Positions 26,531-40,864 are shown, numbered from the stretch's first letter. The stretch: DNA of 64,000 nucleotides from Parasitella parasitica NRRL 2501 (GCA_025201805.1 MU619369.1:4672-68671), one strand, 5' to 3'. Notes: generated by a model not told the origin, from the letters alone. Numbers and translations: made by a program.

Positions 26531-27406
26531 ATGCCATTGAATTTGCCAGTATTAACAAATCTCTCCAAGAAAACTATTGTACTTGCGTCAGCATCGCCAA
26601 GAAGACGAGAAATTTTGACAGACATGGTATGCAAAAAGACTAAATTATGGTCGCTAACCGTTAACAAAATTACCATTAGGGGGTCCATTTCTCGGTAGTA
26701 ACTACCTTGAAACCCGATGAAAATAACCCAAAATTATATAAAACTCGAGCAGATTATGTAGCCGATACTGCGCGTATGAAAGCAGAGGAAGTATTTGAGA
26801 GATGCCAGGTAAAGTATAGATCATTCAATATTGATGATGACTTTTAATCTCGTTTCCTCCTTTTGATAGCAAGATTCGCAGTTGCCTGTCGCAGATATTG
26901 TTATTGGTGCAGATACGGTAGTAGTAAAAGATGAACATGTCCTGGAAAAGCCCAGAGACAAAGATCATGCATTAGTGATGCTTCAACAGTTGAATGGACA
27001 AAGCCATTATGTCTTGACTGGCGTACAAATTATTTTCAAGTTGAACGATAAAGTCGAAAGGATTCAGTTTGTTGAAAAGACAGAAGTTCGCTTCAGTCAG
27101 ATTGATCCCGAGATAATACAGGCGTGTAAGCAAGTTCTTTTATCGTCTGTTACTTTTGATATTTAATTTCATAGAGTAGACATTGATTCAGGTGAGCCAT
27201 TTGATAAGGCAGGTGGATATGGTATTCAAGGCCAGGCATCATTATTTGTAGAATCCATCCATGGAGATTATTGGAATGTGGTGTGTAGATTTGAAAATGT
27301 TTCCTCTCATAGAAAACTAACAAAGGCTTTAAAATTTTGACAGGTTGGATTACCAAAGAATCATTTATTCCGGGAGTTGAGTAAATTGAGTTTACTCTTT
27401 CAATAA
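26531..27406 (+). CDS. Maf-family nucleoside triphosphate pyrophosphatase, multi-exon
   Basis: [14 protein letters not shown]; [14 protein letters not shown]; [14 protein letters not shown]; GDYWNVVGLP. Confidence 0.92.
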
Positions 27407-27484
27407 GCTCTTTTATGCTTTTGTGTAAGCAACTTTCCATCTCTCTAGGCAACTATTTATTTTTATTTTTTCGTGTCCTCCCCC

Positions 27485-27744
27485 NNNNNNNNNNNNNNNN
27501 NNNNNNNNNNNNNNNNNNNNNNNNNNNNNNNNNNNNNNNNNNNNNNNNNNNNNNNNNNNNNNNNNNNNNNNNNNNNNNNNNNNNNNNNNNNNNNNNNNNN
27601 NNNNNNNNNNNNNNNNNNNNNNNNNNNNNNNNNNNNNNNNNNNNNNNNNNNNNNNNNNNNNNNNNNNNNNNNNNNNNNNNNNNNNNNNNNNNNNNNNNNN
27701 NNNNNNNNNNNNNNNNNNNNNNNNNNNNNNNNNNNNNNNNNNNN
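27485..27744. other. Assembly gap (N run)
   Basis: About 260 N characters. Confidence 1.
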
Positions 27745-27767
27745 TTTTTGGTCAATAACTGGTAACC

Positions 27768-28736
27768 ATGGAGAACCATTTCCTAGTCTGTAGTAACGAC
27801 AGTGAGAATAATGCCTCGTTTGTAACCATGGGAGCAGCAAATCAATTGATACCACCCGAGGCACTATATAATAGCAATGGTGTTGTTGTAAGTTGATCAT
27901 ATAATGTAAATCACAAATTTAATAATTATTTCCAGACTGGAGATAATCAATATTATGGCCAGTATACACCTCATATCACAACAACTCCTGTAGTGAAGAG
28001 TCATCATCCAACTACTATTAATACGAGTATACCAATGTTTACGCCTCCTTCTCATAACAACAACACTGTATATCACCATCAACAGCAATCAAACTACACA
28101 CCTGTTGACATAGCTGCATCTCATATCATGAACATGGAGATTGACGACTATTTTGCGCCAAGCACTGCCATGGATAACAACCAAATATTTACCAATACTA
28201 TGCAAAATGTAGTCTACTCTCCTTCTTCAACATCAGTTACTACTAACAGCTCGTCTGTTATGATGATAGACACAATGTCCCCAACCTCACCTACACACAA
28301 TATGATGATGAGTCCAGAATACACGAGTCAAGTCATGGTATGTCATTTTACAAGTGCTTGAGCTTCTGAATTCTCGTTAACATAAAGTTATAAGGATGCT
28401 GCTTTCGTTTCGTCTTCTGGCTACCACCAACAACTTTTGCATAATGGAATGGACAACCATATCTTTACAAAAACCCCTATTGTGCCCACCGACCTTGGCA
28501 TGCATTCGAACTATGGTACACAAAATACTTTGCATTATAGAGGCAATACGGATGATTTGGTTTATCATCAGCAACAACAGCAGCAGTATGTAGACAGAAA
28601 GAATCGACGCCCGCTTCCCAGAAGACATACCGTATCTACACCTTATACGACCAGTATGAATAATACTATCAAAGGCAAAGAACCATTGATTGAAAATATC
28701 AACGTTAACTCGGTATTAGATCCTCTTTTTATCTCC

Positions 28737-28768
<32 letters not shown>

Positions 28769-28769
28769 T

Positions 28770-28822
<53 letters not shown>

Positions 28823-29980
28823 GCAGCCTGCTAAATCTCGCAAATCCTCATTAAAGGCTAAAAGGCATCGTTCTTTGGGCAAGTTGGATATCTATGGGTC
28901 TTCAACTACAACTCCCCCACCTATACCAGATATGGCTTCTCTTGATCCTCTCCCTGCTAAACTAGAGCTGTGGACTCATGCGCAGTTATTAGAAAGAGTT
29001 ATGGAACTCGAAAAAGAGAAGCAAGTAGCACAAACATCTATGATCAAACAAAAAGGTATATACAAAGAGAAAATTGGCTTGAAATTATTCTAAGCGTGTT
29101 ACACTAGATGAATGTGCTATTTCTGATGCTGCTGCCGTTACTTCTATAGCAATTGCTACACCCATGGTTCGTAAGCCCTCTGCTGCTACAAACAAAGTAA
29201 GGTCTACTCCACACACTGATACAGAGTTGGAGGAAGACGAAGAGGAGGAAGAAGAAACTCAAATCTGTAAATGGGATACTTGTAGCAAAGAATTAAGTTC
29301 TCTTGATGAGCTTATTAACCATGTCAAAACGGATCATATTGGCAGTGGAAAGGTATATAATATCGAAAAAAAAAAAAAAAATGGCAACTTGCAACTTCAC
29401 TCACACGCACACACCATCAATTTAGGCTAATTACTATTGTTTGTGGAAAGATTGTGCACGCAAACAGAAACCGTTTACAAAAAGACATAAAATGCATAAT
29501 CATCTTCGTACGCATACAGGAGAAAGGCCCTTTGTTTGTCAAGAACCAGGTGAGTAAATTATGTAGTGCAATTGTTTATCAAAACCTGATTTTTGATCAT
29601 CGATAGATTGTGGCAAGAGATTCTCTAGGCCTGATTCTTTAACAACACACGCCAAGATCCATTCAAATATTAGACCATACACTTGTACCTTCAATGATTG
29701 TGGCAAGGCCTATTATCACCTTCGATCATTACGCAAGCACGAAAGAAGCCACGCCACATCGACCACCACAGCAACACAAGACATGCCTAAATCATTGTCC
29801 TCCTCTTGTCCTCCTCCTGTCCCTGCTCCTGTTTCAATGTCGGCTGTGGCACACACTACAACTTTACATCCTGCTGATGATCTTTTGGTAGGACGAGACG
29901 ACCAGATATTCTCAGATTGGGGATTATCTGCTCAAGCGGCAGTTTTTGATGTCATGAACAGAGAGAATGTGAACATGTAA
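27768..29980 (+). CDS. Gli/Zic/PacC-type C2H2 zinc-finger transcription factor with polyQ
   Basis: Four fingers: CKWDTC..HVKTDHIG, CLWKDC..KPFTKRHKMHNHLRTHTGERPF, CGKRFSRPDSLTTH, CGKAYYHLRSLRKH. The start is uncertain (ATG 27768 or 27828, next to the gap). Confidence 0.85.
28737..28826 (+). repeat. CAG/CAA repeat encoding about 30 Gln
   Basis: Directly visible inside the zinc-finger gene exon. Confidence 0.95.
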
Positions 29981-30050
29981 ATTTAGATTTTTGTAAATTA
30001 CAGATATATACCAATTTTTGTTAAAATAAGTCTTGCAATATAAACACTTG

Positions 30051-30081
<31 letters not shown>

Positions 30082-30094
30082 TCTCTTTCTCTCT
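30051..30094. repeat. (CT)n microsatellite
   Basis: CTCTCT run downstream of the zinc-finger gene. Confidence 0.9.
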
Positions 30095-31008
30095 TTTTCC
30101 CCCTAAATCCTAAAACATGATATTTATGCGCAAAGTATATATTTATATATTGTATGTAAATAGAGAATTTGAAGAATTTATATGCAATTTGTATTTATAA
30201 AATGAATCTAATCTCTCCTTGCACAGTTTTCTCGTTTGAGAGAGAGTCTAAATATAAACTTTTATGTAGCCATAAAGATTTTCTTATTTCTCGCAATGCT
30301 CAGTCATCTTTTTAATACAAGCAGTATCTATATTATACAATCAAATCACGATATAGGGATCCGTTGATTGACGGAAGGCATGTACAAATGTGTATATAAA
30401 CGCAAAAGATATAAAAAAAAATGCAATTTTGCAATTAGGTTGCACCAGATACATTATTCTCGGGAAAGGGCCGATGCTAGTGTTTTTATTACAAATACTT
30501 GTATGTTTATATACTTCGCAGTCGTGTCAATACATTATCACAGGTTAATATGTGTGATTTCAAAAGGATGAACTATATAAGGTTTTTCCTTTGCTATAGA
30601 TTGGATTATTGTTATCCTTGTATTTTTAAATCACTGCTGGTAAACTGTTTTGTTGGATGGATTCGTTATACAGATTTCCCTAGTTTTGATTCAACCGATG
30701 AACAAACGAAAGGGTCGTGCTTCAAATTCAGATGTTTTATGTATGTGCCTTTGCAATTCTCAACCATATCATACTGATAATTAAGAGTAAAGAACACGCC
30801 CGCTTATCTTTTATTGAGTATCGCCTACTTCACAAGTAATTGGGGGCAAAATGAGCAACTAGGTGGTATTTTAGAAACTTCAAGGTATTTTAGTGCTAAA
30901 TAGACAATGAATAAAACATGTAGACGACGTAATTCTCCTTGAAGTATAGGACATTATAATTATTATTTCAGTGATCTTTATTTCCTGGACATGTATATAT
31001 AAATGAAT

Positions 31009-33335
31009 TTACAACGCTTGAGATACATTTTCAAAAAGAGCTTTAACAGCACCAGGGAGCTCTCTTTCGACAGAGGCAAGCGATCTTTGTAATGATTCCA
31101 CGGCTGCTAAACTCTTGGGGTTTTTGCAGTTTTTCTGGAGCTATATGAAAACGTGAGTTTAGTGTGTATTTCACTTTTCTTATTGAAACCTTACTTCGAT
31201 CAACAAGGGTGAAATTAACTCTAAAATTGGAGTATCGCTATATTGTCTTGACGAAGCCACAGTGTTGACACTTCGAGTAGAAGAGAATCTATTGGAAGTT
31301 GATGGCAAAACATTGGAGGCAATGTTCTGAATCATACTGCTTCGTTTATTTTGTTCAGCAAAACCTCCAAATTCTGCCTTGCGTACAGTATCGTGATCGT
31401 ATTCGGTCATGCTATTTCTGAAACTGGTTTTTTGTAACTGGTTCTATCATCGATATTAGAGTAGCTTTCTGGAAAGGGGCATAGTTCACTTACAGTTATT
31501 TCGTTTACCCGCGAAGAAGGTTGCTGGCTTTGCTGCTGAGGTTTTACTTGCATTCTGCTTGTAGTGCGTGGTAGTTGATTTTGGTTCTGCTGTTGGTAGC
31601 TTGTTTCGCTAGACAAACTGCTCACAGAATATTGACTGGGCGAGTGATTCATTTGCTGAAGCACTTTTTTTGGTGGCTCTTTGATTGTACCGAAATCCCA
31701 AGCATCATCATCGTCATTGTCGACACTGTGCAATATGCGTTACACCCTTTTGCGCTTATAAATCTGATGAAATCCTAAACTTACTCGTTTTCCTCTTCAG
31801 AAGAATTATCGTCATATCCATTAGTGCTACGCCATCTCTCGTGGCCTTCAATCAATTCTGTTAAATACGCAACTTTTTTACTGCTCTTGATGAATTTGTG
31901 CTTCAAAAGATCTTTTGCGGTGGGTCGCTAGTCGTTGGCTTGTAAGTGAGAATGCGTATAGATGACATGCAAAAAAAAACAGAAACTTACATTGGAAGGA
32001 CTTGTCTGTAAACACATGCTAACAAAATCGCGAAAAGCTTTACTGTGAGGAGGGCCAAGGGTCGGAGGGTCATTTTTGGGTATATGGAATAAAACTTTCA
32101 TAGGGTGCATGTTTGCATAAGGTGGCTCTCCTTTGGCGAGTTCGATTGCTGTGATGCCAAGGGACCAAATATCAGCTTTGTAATCGTAACCGGATTGTTT
32201 AATAACCTCTGGAGCCATCCAAAACTATCGGACGCAAGTTACTTACACGATTACAACATGATTCCCTAGTTGTGCACTTACTGGTGTTCCAACAAATGTG
32301 TTTTTCTTTGTCAGAGTAGCAGTGATCTACAACAGAATATACAAATTAACGATGTTTTGAAATTGCAATGTTTTCAGTTCAGTTACTTGTCCTGATACAC
32401 CGAAATCTGCCAGTTTGACTAAAAAGAATGGTCATGATTTAGCAACCTTCAGATATTGGATTTATATCTCTTTTTAAACCTTACCTTCACCATTGGAGCT
32501 TAACAAGATGTTGGCGGCTGTGAAAGACGGTGAGCTTCTTGGAAAAAAAAAACTCTCCACCCAAAAAAATGTTGCTGTTTACCTTTGATGTCTATTTTGA
32601 AGCTGCTACTTAGTAACTCTTCAATGTAAAATCTCTTTTGGTATCTCCTTACCTCTGTGTAATTTTCCTTCGTTATGAAGGTAATCTAAACCTTTCAGTA
32701 ATTCCTTGATAATGATTGCAATGTATTCTTCACGGATGATTCCCATTTTCATCTGGTCGATGAATCAGTGCATGCGTTTATTTGGTATGAAATTCATAAC
32801 TCACCAAATCACTACAAGAACCACCTGAACAGTATTCCATAATAATCCATAAGCCAGTTCCCTTAAGATATGATCCATGGTACCTGTAATTTAGGGAGAA
32901 TCAGATGGATTATTTTTAATAAAAAGGAGGTGAAAAGGTGCAATTACTTTGTTACGAAGGGCGAATCCAATTGAGAGAGGATAGCTATCTCTTGCTGAAT
33001 ATCATCGATTTCGTCTTCTGCGCTCTCAAGATCAATGATTTTGATGGCAACTGGCTTATTTGTACGTTTATCCAACCTATTTAGTGATCTCTCGCGTTAG
33101 CAACTTTTGCCTCGCGGAATATGCCTGAATTTACCCTTTGAAGACTTCACCAAAAGAGCCTTTGCCTGCGTCGAAATGGGTCAAATAACAATGAAAACAT
33201 GCAAAGCTTAAGAAGCTTACCAATGCGCTCTTGCTTTAAATAATATACCTCTGGATCGGTAGACTGATTTGCAGCACTCTAAATTCAAGGCTGTCAGAGA
33301 AAACTACACCTGATCTCATGCAAAAAATGTACCAT
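31009..33335 (-). CDS. Ste20-family GCK-III Ser/Thr kinase (STK24/25/MST-like), many exons
   Basis: [14 protein letters not shown]; [22 protein letters not shown]; HRDIKAANILL; [10 protein letters not shown]; [34 protein letters not shown]. Confidence 0.93.
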
Positions 33336-33532
33336 TTAATAATTTATACAGTTTCTGGTTGAAAGAAAACAAAAAAGAAAGAAAGAAAGAAAATCAAGGA
33401 GAAAAATCATTCAAATTATAGATATCGAGGGGAGCGGGAAAAGGGAATCATCCAAATTAGGATTTACAGTAAACAACACGTTTTTGAGATTGAAGCAAAA
33501 GGGCATGAATTTTATTGTTGTCAGTTTATGTT

Positions 33533-35149
33533 TTAAAACAACAAGCTCGCTGCTAAATCTGGATTGCCTCCAGCCATTTCTAACGCATTCAGCGCTTCCT
33601 GTCAATTTCAGATGGGTCAGCGATACATGTAGGTTTGAGTTGCAGAGACATGTTTACCTGACGACTAACTCCCATATCAGTGAGAACTTTAATGTCTTTT
33701 TCTGGATATGCTGCTGTTGTTTCTGCCGCTGCCGAGCTAGTCGAGGGTGGGGTGGATATCTGAGGCACAACTGTTCGTCCCTCTATGGCGGTTTCATCTT
33801 CATCACTGCCATGAATTTCTATTCTTCTCTGCTTTTCAGGAAGTTCATGTTCTGCCAAAAACGGGATGTCACAACTATCAAATGTTAAAGCATTCTTGCG
33901 AAGATCAATACAGGCACGATGCTTTTTTAACATATCGAGGCCGAAAAGCAGTTCAGACCCTTTCCCCTCGACAACAATGAATGAGCATGGCAAGAATAAA
34001 TTTTGTGATAGTCGCATTTGAGCACTATGAATACGGCCTAAAATTTTTGCTGTACCAACGCCTTTAGCTACCCCACTGAATCGTGTATCCAGTAACCGCA
34101 TCAAACCACATGATTCAGCCGTTTCGGGGCTGACTATAGTATGGCCTTGGGTTAACTTTTTTTTTGCTTATCTCCACTTTAGCAATATGTTACTCACTGA
34201 CTGTGCTTTGGGCACCTGAATCGACAAGAGCGACCAAATGCTTACCATTAATTTCGACATTGATATAAAGACGAGTTACCTTTGATTTTAAAGAAAAATA
34301 AAAAAAAAGATTACTACGCAGAAGATAAAGTTGTCATGGAAACAAATTACCCTAGCAAATGATTCAGGGTTATGCTCCATGGCAGCTTCTAGGTTGGCTG
34401 CAATATTTTCTTGTCGGATGGCATCTTCAATTCGTTTTTGAGCTTCGACATCAAATGGATCGTCATTGGTTGCAGCCTAATGTCGGTAGAAGTTAGTGTA
34501 TCTTACGGCAACCTATGCCTATCGATAAACTTGCAAGTTGTGCTTTCTGCACGCTTGCAGAATGCCTAGTTTGTTCAATCTGCTGGACCATGGTAGAGAA
34601 TTTTTCAGGGTCGTTTCTAGCAGCACGAGCCAATTCTGGATTCGTCTAATGAGGAGGAATCGTTTAGACAAACATAATATACTGCAACATCCAATTTGTC
34701 AACTTGCACTTTCTAACTGTTGTAAAAGACGAGGATCGTTTAATACATGTTGACGCATAAGCTCAAAATTAGAATTGCCTCCCCTATATTATCGGTAATC
34801 AGTTGACAAATCGAATCGCACAAGATTCATGTATGTGTGTATATCATTTTACGTTGTGCTGCCTTGTTGTTGTTGCTGTCGCATAGAAATAATCTCATTC
34901 TGGCCAACTCCATATTCTTCTAATGTCTTTTTAGGCTCGTTCAGCTCATGGCCGTTATAAGACAAGCGCAGCAATTGAGGTGAGATGCCAGACTGTATAC
35001 AGAAATTAGACATTAGCATAAAAAAGTAAAAGAGGTTCCCCTTTTTCCTCTACCTCTTCTCCCAACAGAGCCTTCAAGTCTTCGATAGCCATTTGGCTAT
35101 CAACATCGAGATTGTATATCTCTTCGCCATCTACAACGGTTACTAACAT
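33533..35149 (-). CDS. DDI1: DNA damage-inducible protein 1 (UBL, retroviral-like Asp protease, UBA)
   Basis: N-terminal UBL; DPFDVEAQKRIEDAIRQENI; ALVDSGAQST; LLDTRFSGVAKGVG; LFGLDMLKKH; UBA ending AASLLF*. Confidence 0.93.
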
Positions 35150-35633
35150 TTATTTAGAAAGAAAAGAATAAATAAGAGTAGTTGAGAAAGGAAGGCCCAC
35201 AAGACGCGATCGTTTATGAGACACAAATTCCCCGGAATTTCAAACATTACAGGAACTTCTGGATATTGCGCAACATTGGTGATATGTATTTTAAGCAATT
35301 ATCGATCAACTAGCAATAAACATAGTAGCCACATTTATAAATCAGTTCAATAAGGTTAAATTTTTAAGTTTATTTATTGAGATATCCAGTTGCTTTCACA
35401 TGTTGAGGTTTTGGATTGATTATATACGTTACATACAAGCCTCTCTTTTTCAGTGATCATCAATGCTAAATTAAATTTTGCATAAATTAACTCTTGAAAA
35501 ATCTTTTATTGAGCATTTCTGGCATAACATAGGCTTGAGGATGGGAATAAATGCCATGTTCTGCTACGAAACTTTATACAAGCAGTATCAGTTGATATAT
35601 TAAAGTTTATTAGTAATGTATGTGTGTGTATTA

Positions 35634-36269
35634 TTAAAAGGGGTCTAACATGAAATTATATACTTGTCCAGCAGATCGAGCAACTCTCTGTGCACAACGA
35701 GTGGAAGACGAAAATGTATACAAATTCGACAGCAAGTTAAAGATGCGGGTAGGCAACAAAGACGTGGCCCAGACGACATCAACGGGAATAAAGTCCTTGA
35801 GTGGTATTCTTACATTACGAGAAGAAGCAGTGTTTCTGTGTTTCTGCTTAAATAATTGTACAACATGTTTATGGCCAGCCTCTATTGCCAAACGTTCAGC
35901 GGTTTTCCCAACGCTATTTACAATTCTTAAATTGCTTGCATCAATCAACAATTTTACAATTTCAATTTTGCCAGACCAGCTTGCAAAATGAAGAGCTGTA
36001 AATCCATTTTTATCAACCTGATCCACGTTGCATTTGAGTTTGACGAGTGTTTTGACCAAACTGGTATAGCCGCAAAGTGTGGCCAGATGTAGTAGACTGT
36101 GCTGATTGACGTTGGTTAGCAACAGATGACTAGAGTTGCATGGAATGTATTCAATGGCCAGCAAACTGGCAATGACAGTCTGTTCTAGATGTGAAAGGAA
36201 CAGTTTTCGTGCATTGTCGTAAACTGCTGTTGCCGCCATTGTAGTCATTTTTTGCTGTTGCTGTTGTTG

Positions 36270-36308
<39 letters not shown>

Positions 36309-39007
36309 GTGGTGTGTAGGACCTTTTCCTTGGGAATTGTCGCCTTGAACAATACGCATGGCGATTTGTCTAGCGTCTTCCACTTTGCCCATTGTTTTGA
36401 GTCCGACTACTTGCAATGCTAGCTCCATAAGTGCACGATCGCTTTCGTCAAAGTAGGTGAACAATACGACATCTTGACCTTCCAGCATCAAGGGGTGTTC
36501 CTTGAAAGACACAACAACAGGACCTGCAGTAGCTGCAGGCGGCAAAATACACAAAAGCGTATTAGCACTCCAGCAATGAGTAGGGATAGCCGGATTTTCG
36601 CCAAATAAGCATGTCAGCCCTTCATAGAAATTACTGCCTAACACTGTCACTTCAGCGCCACCGTAAATAGGGCCTTCAGACGGAATTAATCGATGCAAAC
36701 GAGGCAAATTATTTTTGCCGCCTTCCAACGCATTTCGTTCGGATAGCTTAGCATAAAGGTTATTCTGATATTGATTCTGTTGTTGGTGTGTTGACTGCTG
36801 TGCTTGGGACATGCAATTACCGAAAACAGTGGCTCTTCTTCTGTTCATAGATGACTGCACGGGATTCTGTGTAAAGTGGCTCAACATTTGCTGCTGTTGT
36901 TGTAGATGCTGTTGCTGCTGGTGGTGGTGCTGTTCTGGGTTCATCAACGATAGAGACTGGTGTGTAATATGCGTCATATGAGACATTTGCGATTGAGAAT
37001 GTAGTGGTTGTTGATGCTGCTGAGGTAATAAATTGAGATCATTCGAGTTGAGAAAGTCAAACAGTTCGCTCTGTTGTTGCTGAGCTTGAGGTTGTTCATG
37101 ATGATGCTCATACTGGTGTTGGTGGTGCGATTGTTGCAGCTGAGATACAAAATGGTCTTGATTATCTTCTGCCAATGGATGCTGTTTGCTGTCATTTACA
37201 AACTGCTGATGATTCGACATACTCAAAGCGGTAGGGATGATGAGGGTGGATGAGGTGTTTATGGACGCAGGCGCATTAGTATTAGTATTATTATTACTAT
37301 TAGCCGTTGTCGTGGCCGTTGCTGCAGTAGATGTAGTCGGGCCATCAGTTTTTGAAGAGCGTTCAGGTATGTCATCTACTTGAGAGGATGGTGTAGCTGG
37401 CGTCGATGCAACAGGGCTAGAAACACCAGAATCAGTCTCAATCTCTGCCTTTCTTCTCGATGTTGATGGGGCATCGCTTTCAGTTGCAGAAGCGTCCATG
37501 TCTGCACGAGTTCTTTTTCTTGCGGCTGCTTGCTGCATTTTGGAGCTTTTGTGATCGTCTGTTATCATGATTGGAGGTGAACGGCCTGTAGCAATCACAT
37601 GGTCCAAATTGTCTTTCACAGTAAATACGATTCTTGAAAAAACATAGAAAAAAAAAATTGGGTTAATGGAGAACATGTAAAGGCAATTCATTGTCCGTCG
37701 CTTACCTAAAGCCTGCTTTTTCGCTATGATGGCGACAGTAGCATGTTACTCGTGTTGGCAATGTCGCTTCACCACTGTTGAATTCGACATACTCATTGCA
37801 ATTAAAGAGCAGTATTCTTTTTCTTTCCTCTGCCATAACGGTTTCATTGCTCAAATCAGGCAAATCGTTAGCAAACAAAGCAGCAAGTTTGGCCGCACCA
37901 CCCTCTTTATTTGCAGCACGAGCGACCTTATTGTCACGTTTTCTCTTTAGTCTTTTACGCTAAAAATTAAAAGAGTTGAGCCTTACAGGGCATAATGGTC
38001 TTGAAATTAGTCCACATACCTCTCGATGAACACAGCTTGTACACATGATGATTTCATTGTCTGGCTGGCCGTTGCAAACGACAGCAGCTTCCAAGGTCAA
38101 TACTTGGTTGTCCGTAAGGGATGCCTTTTCATCCGCCCCATACTTTTGGTTTTTGCGCTTCAATTTGTCTTTGGCCACAAGATGTTCAGGTAATTTGATG
38201 TGAGACCAATTGGTGGCTAATTCTCCAGTAGTATCCACTAGCTGGAGACAGATCTTGATTTGCGTTTCTACTCTGGACTTTGCGCCAGTATGGGGTAAGC
38301 CCAATACTCGAATATGCCATGGACTATCATTCCGGATGCTTTTTTTTTGTAAGGTTAGAGTTTTCACTCGCAAACATTTTCAGACTTACATTGGGGAAGA
38401 TGTCAAGTTTGCATCTGCTTCTTCTTCTATTTCTCCAGGGCCAAGTAAGCTTTGACTAAAAACATATTAATCGCTTGTGATGTTTGCTATCATGACTAAA
38501 TTTTACCCTGGAAGCGATGTTTGAGCTAAAAAGTCTTCAAAATTCAAGCAATTTCTGGCCAGGATAGGAATGGCATGTAATAAGGGATTTGTGAAAACCT
38601 TAATTTCCTCGTTAGAGATAGTATTGCTATGTGGATTGTGGAGAACCACTTACATGCAGCAAAGAAGAATGTCCTGCTTCTTTCGCTTTCTGCTTATCCT
38701 TCTTTGTACGCTCTGCCGGTTTGGCAAATCCTGGTTGCTCCTCTTGCTTTATCTTCATATTTTGCTCAAGAAGCTGATTAGGATCGATCCCCAGCTGACT
38801 ATTCGATGAGGAATCAAAGGATAAATGCTGATTGTTATATCCGGCCACTTGGCTCAGGAAAATGTCCATCGCTTGATCATTATTGTTAGTGTTATTGTTA
38901 TTGTTATTATTATTGTTATTAGGTAAAAGAGATAGGCTGTCATCGACTCTTTGCGAATGCGGTGGGGGTGATGGTTTTTTGTCGTTTGTTTCCAGTGGTG
39001 GAGACAT
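35634..39007 (-). CDS. Spt23/Mga2-like transcription factor (IPT/TIG plus ankyrin repeats)
   Basis: KSRVETQIKICLQL; TCYCRHHSEK; SPPIMITDDHKS; IPT RLIPSEGPIYGGAEVTVLGSNF; ankyrin LLHLA and GFTALHFASW. The 3' end is uncertain. Confidence 0.88.
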
Positions 39008-39172
39008 TGTGCGTTGTTGCTTAAAAAAGAGAAAAAGAAGAAGAAAAAAGAAAAGAAATAAAGAAAAAAAGAAAACGAATGATTCATCTCTCTTCGGTTA
39101 AAATATCACCACTGGCTTCCAACAGCCAGCCTTCGGTACGTCATGAGCAAATTTTTTTATTAGCACAAGAAA

Positions 39173-40357
39173 CTAATTGCTCTTAGCAAACTCGACTCTT
39201 AAAATGAGATTATCATAGCCACGGCCGTTGATATTCTGCTGAGCCTTCTCAGCTTGTTCACGCTCGTTGAAGGTAACAAAAGCGAACCCCTTACAGAGAT
39301 TGGTTTCACGATCACGAGCCAGAAAGACACGGGCGAGGCCGTTGAACCGGCCAAAGAGATCATATATATCGTTGTCAGTAACATCTTCAGACAAGTTTGT
39401 AACACGGAGAGTGGCAGAATCATCACGCTTTTGATCGCCACGCATAGACTCACCACTACCACCTTGCGCCTTACCACGAAGATGGGGAGGTGTATATTTG
39501 CTAGGTCCTGAACTACTGTCTGCTGCTTCTGATGCAGTCTCGGCTCCGTCGAGTTTAACAGCTTCGATTGTAGAAGCAATTTCGTCCAAAGGCTTCATAG
39601 TGTCCTTATAAGGACACTTACTTGTGAAATGCTCTCCTTTACAAATACGGCATGCAATATTCTTGGCCTTGAGTTGACCATTAAGCTTCTCCTTGGCTTC
39701 TTCTTCCGTAGCCGCTTCCACAGTCTAATTACCATTGAATATCATTAGCTAAACATGCTCACTAATGCATAACATGTATCTTTTCCATACCTTGCCGGTA
39801 CTTGATCCCAATTTCAAAGGAATATTTTCACCAATAGTGGTAGTAGAAAGATCAGGGCCGGCCTTGTTACCCTTCTCTTCTCCAAATTTAGCCCACTTTT
39901 TACGCAGTGCAACACTTTTATTGACATGTTCAGTTATGAGCTTTGCACGAAGTTTACGAGTAACCTAAGTAGATGAAATAATTCGCATTAATACCATCCG
40001 AGTTTATTTCGCTTAAATAATCCAACCTTGACTTTCTTGCCATCATCGTTGTCTCTATATTCAATAATAACCTTGTTGCCATCTTCGTCAGTGTACATTT
40101 GAGGTTGGAAAGAATCTAGTTTTTCAAGTTTTTTCGTTTTTTTTTTTTTTTTGAGCATTCGGTTATCGAGTGTTTGTCGCCATCTTTGGTTGTGATAGAT
40201 TACCTTCCTCGTCCTCATATTCATCAGCCCAGGAAGCCTTAGCTGGTGCACTACAAATGTTGATACAGAAATCGTTAATACAAGATTTCATGTCGTGTCA
40301 CTGTACAAGAAATGCTTTGTTTCAGAAATCAATAACATACGCAGTATCAACAGCCAT
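39173..40357 (-). CDS. TIF35: Translation initiation factor eIF3 subunit g
   Basis: SWADE; CRICKGEHFTSKCPYK zinc knuckle; RRM TLRVTNLSED...KGFAFVTF...GYDNLILRVEFAK. Confidence 0.96.
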
Positions 40358-40864
40358 TATATTATATTATTAGAGAGGTTAAAGAGATTGTAAACTCAAG
40401 TAGAGATTGAATTCAAAGTATCCTGTATCAATATTTTTTCTATTTCAATAAGCCACTTCGTTTTGAACGTTGGTCGAGTCACATTGGGGTTGAAGATCTG
40501 AACATTATCTCTAAATTTAAGGTTCATTTCAATGCTCTACCATAAGAAGTTGATGTCTGTTTGAAAAGCCAAAAGGTAGAATAGATTTCTCTACTTGTTT
40601 TTACCTTGGATGCTTGGCAAATCACATCTGATCTGGTCGCCTAGCAACTAAAGATAGAGTCGTCTTTGGTTGCTATGATGAGGAACTCCGCTTTTCTCAA
40701 ATGACGTTGCTTCGAGGAAGCAAACATATATGGAGCTTTGCCGCGCTTTAGGTTACTATTATTGCTTTTCTCCTTCTATTTTTATAAACAAACACAAACA
40801 GGCGGAAAATCCTCTAACAATACAGCGAAAAATATTTATAAGCACATATATCAGTATATAAAAA

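Noticed and set aside
27415-27900. ORFs containing long X runs
   Set aside because: Artefacts of the assembly gap.
33533-39007. DDI1 adjacent to the Mga2-like factor (analogy to DDI2 cleaving Nrf1)
   Set aside because: Adjacency alone; Spt23/Mga2 processing is known to be proteasomal, and nothing in the sequence links the two genes.
40636-40648. RFX X-box-like GTCGCCTAGCAAC (similar GTTGTCATGGAAAC at 34330-34343 in a DDI1 intron)
   Set aside because: Short degenerate motifs expected by chance in 64 kb; no supporting context.
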